Of a DNA stretch of 64,000 nucleotides, positions 63,141 to 64,000 are shown in pieces; position 1 is the first letter of the stretch, and each line of letters opens with the position of its first letter. The position numbers and the translations under genes are program-made. The notes beneath the pieces are model-generated. The model made no database searches. It had not been told where the DNA came from and was given only the letters and a program-made list of their open reading frames with translations. This DNA comes from Iphione sp. A-MEVVRFRX5 (lineage: Eukaryota), in the NCBI GenBank assembly GCA_976226885.1, contig OZ320316.1, positions 79,608,001 through 79,672,000 on the forward strand. The letters run 5' to 3'.

Positions 63141-63607
63141 TTAAAATTTGATGAGGGCGGGCCTGCGCGTGCGGTCGACGTGATGGCTTTCTTCAACAAA
63201 GTTGGGCGGATCTAGGCAGGCATCCGCTCCGTTTCCTGAGGAGTTTTGCATAATTGACAAAGCAGACCCGCGGGTGTTGAGACCCCGTTGGGCGGTGTTG
63301 AACAGGTTTGGATGTGGTCGACAGGGGGGAGAACCTGAAGGTCTCAACTGGCGTCTAGTCAAGGTCAGATGTGGGCATTAACGCTCAGTCGCGACTTTAT
63401 CATTAAGAAGGCCACTTCCCTCAGGAAACGGTCCGACGGTCGGACGGAAGGACACGGCCCTGCCTGAAGGGACATAAAAGTTGAATGGCTAAACGACGAT
63501 TTGCAAGTTCGGGGGATGCGGAGGTGACCAAGTTTTTCGGCCGGGTCGGTCGACCGGTATCCATACCGTGAGCAAATCACCACCGAAGTGTCAAATCGTA
63601 TGGACAC
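63141..63607 (-). mobile_element. Decayed, frameshifted LINE (L1/Tx1-like) ORF1 fragment
   Basis: Two adjacent minus ORFs: EKLGHLRIP (cf. 'NNLRI.G.PE'), then LDPPNFVEESHHVDRTRRPALIKF (cf. 'IERAHR....RPRPIIVKF'). Confidence 0.35.
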
Positions 63608-64000
63608 ACTGCGGGCAAGCTGTCGCCATCCTCCAGGCTGGCTCAGCTAACGTTCCCGGCAGCGAAATTCCACTTTTACTATTTCCTTGGAACACGTAAT
63701 GGCCAAGACAGCCCCTGTATGGTTGCTAGTATTTGCTGCATCTCTTCAGAGAATGCACTGTCCTCTTTTTCTATGTATGATCAACGAGAAACACTTATAC
63801 ATTAGTATAATTTACACGTATAATATATTGTATTCATTTTAATTTGGATTTACAGTCGCAGTTTAGTGTAACCGAAGTTCTAATGATAAGAAGAATATAT
63901 TCTTATGACTACATCATTCCTAATAATTCCACAATTTAATATCTTGATAACACGCTCTTCTTAACTATTCATCTTGAAACACTAACGCAGTCTTGCGGAT

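Noticed and set aside
51742-64000. Next CELF exon (expected G-CAFVK(F/Y)...HGSQTMP)
   Set aside because: No matching sequence was found by eye or in the ORF track; it is presumably beyond the window. The upstream RRM1 exon was likewise not found in 1-8809.

Overview
Eukaryotic (animal) genomic DNA. It is almost entirely intronic sequence of one very large + strand gene, a CELF3/4/5/6-type (Bruno-like, CUG-binding) RNA-binding protein. Only two constitutive coding exons are visible: 8810-8858 (MNRPIQVKPADSESRA, end of RRM1 and linker) and 51613-51741 ([44 protein letters not shown], first half of RRM2). They are separated by a 42,754-nt phase-1 GT-AG intron, and the flanking exons lie outside the window. 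The repeat style (TACATGTA-rich background, MITEs, CR1/RTE relics) suggests an invertebrate deuterostome such as amphioxus; this is inference only. The best new observation is an in-frame 30-nt candidate microexon at 37367-37396 inside the big intron. It would insert DGSSPRESDI exactly at the RRM1-RRM2 linker. Other features: three copies of one ~340-bp MITE (one inverted relative to the others and on the other side of the 49-nt exon), a Harbinger-type MITE with an internal minisatellite, a 1.3-kb TA-flanked Tc1/mariner-type element with nested inverted repeats, and several heavily decayed LINE/DIRS-like relics. There are also an interrupted (CUG)n tract in the pre-mRNA of this CUG-binding protein, CpG-rich enhancer/promoter-like patches and a few strong predicted RNA hairpins. 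Nearly all ORFs in the supplied track are chance ORFs or TE debris. All comparisons were made by eye and no database searches were run.
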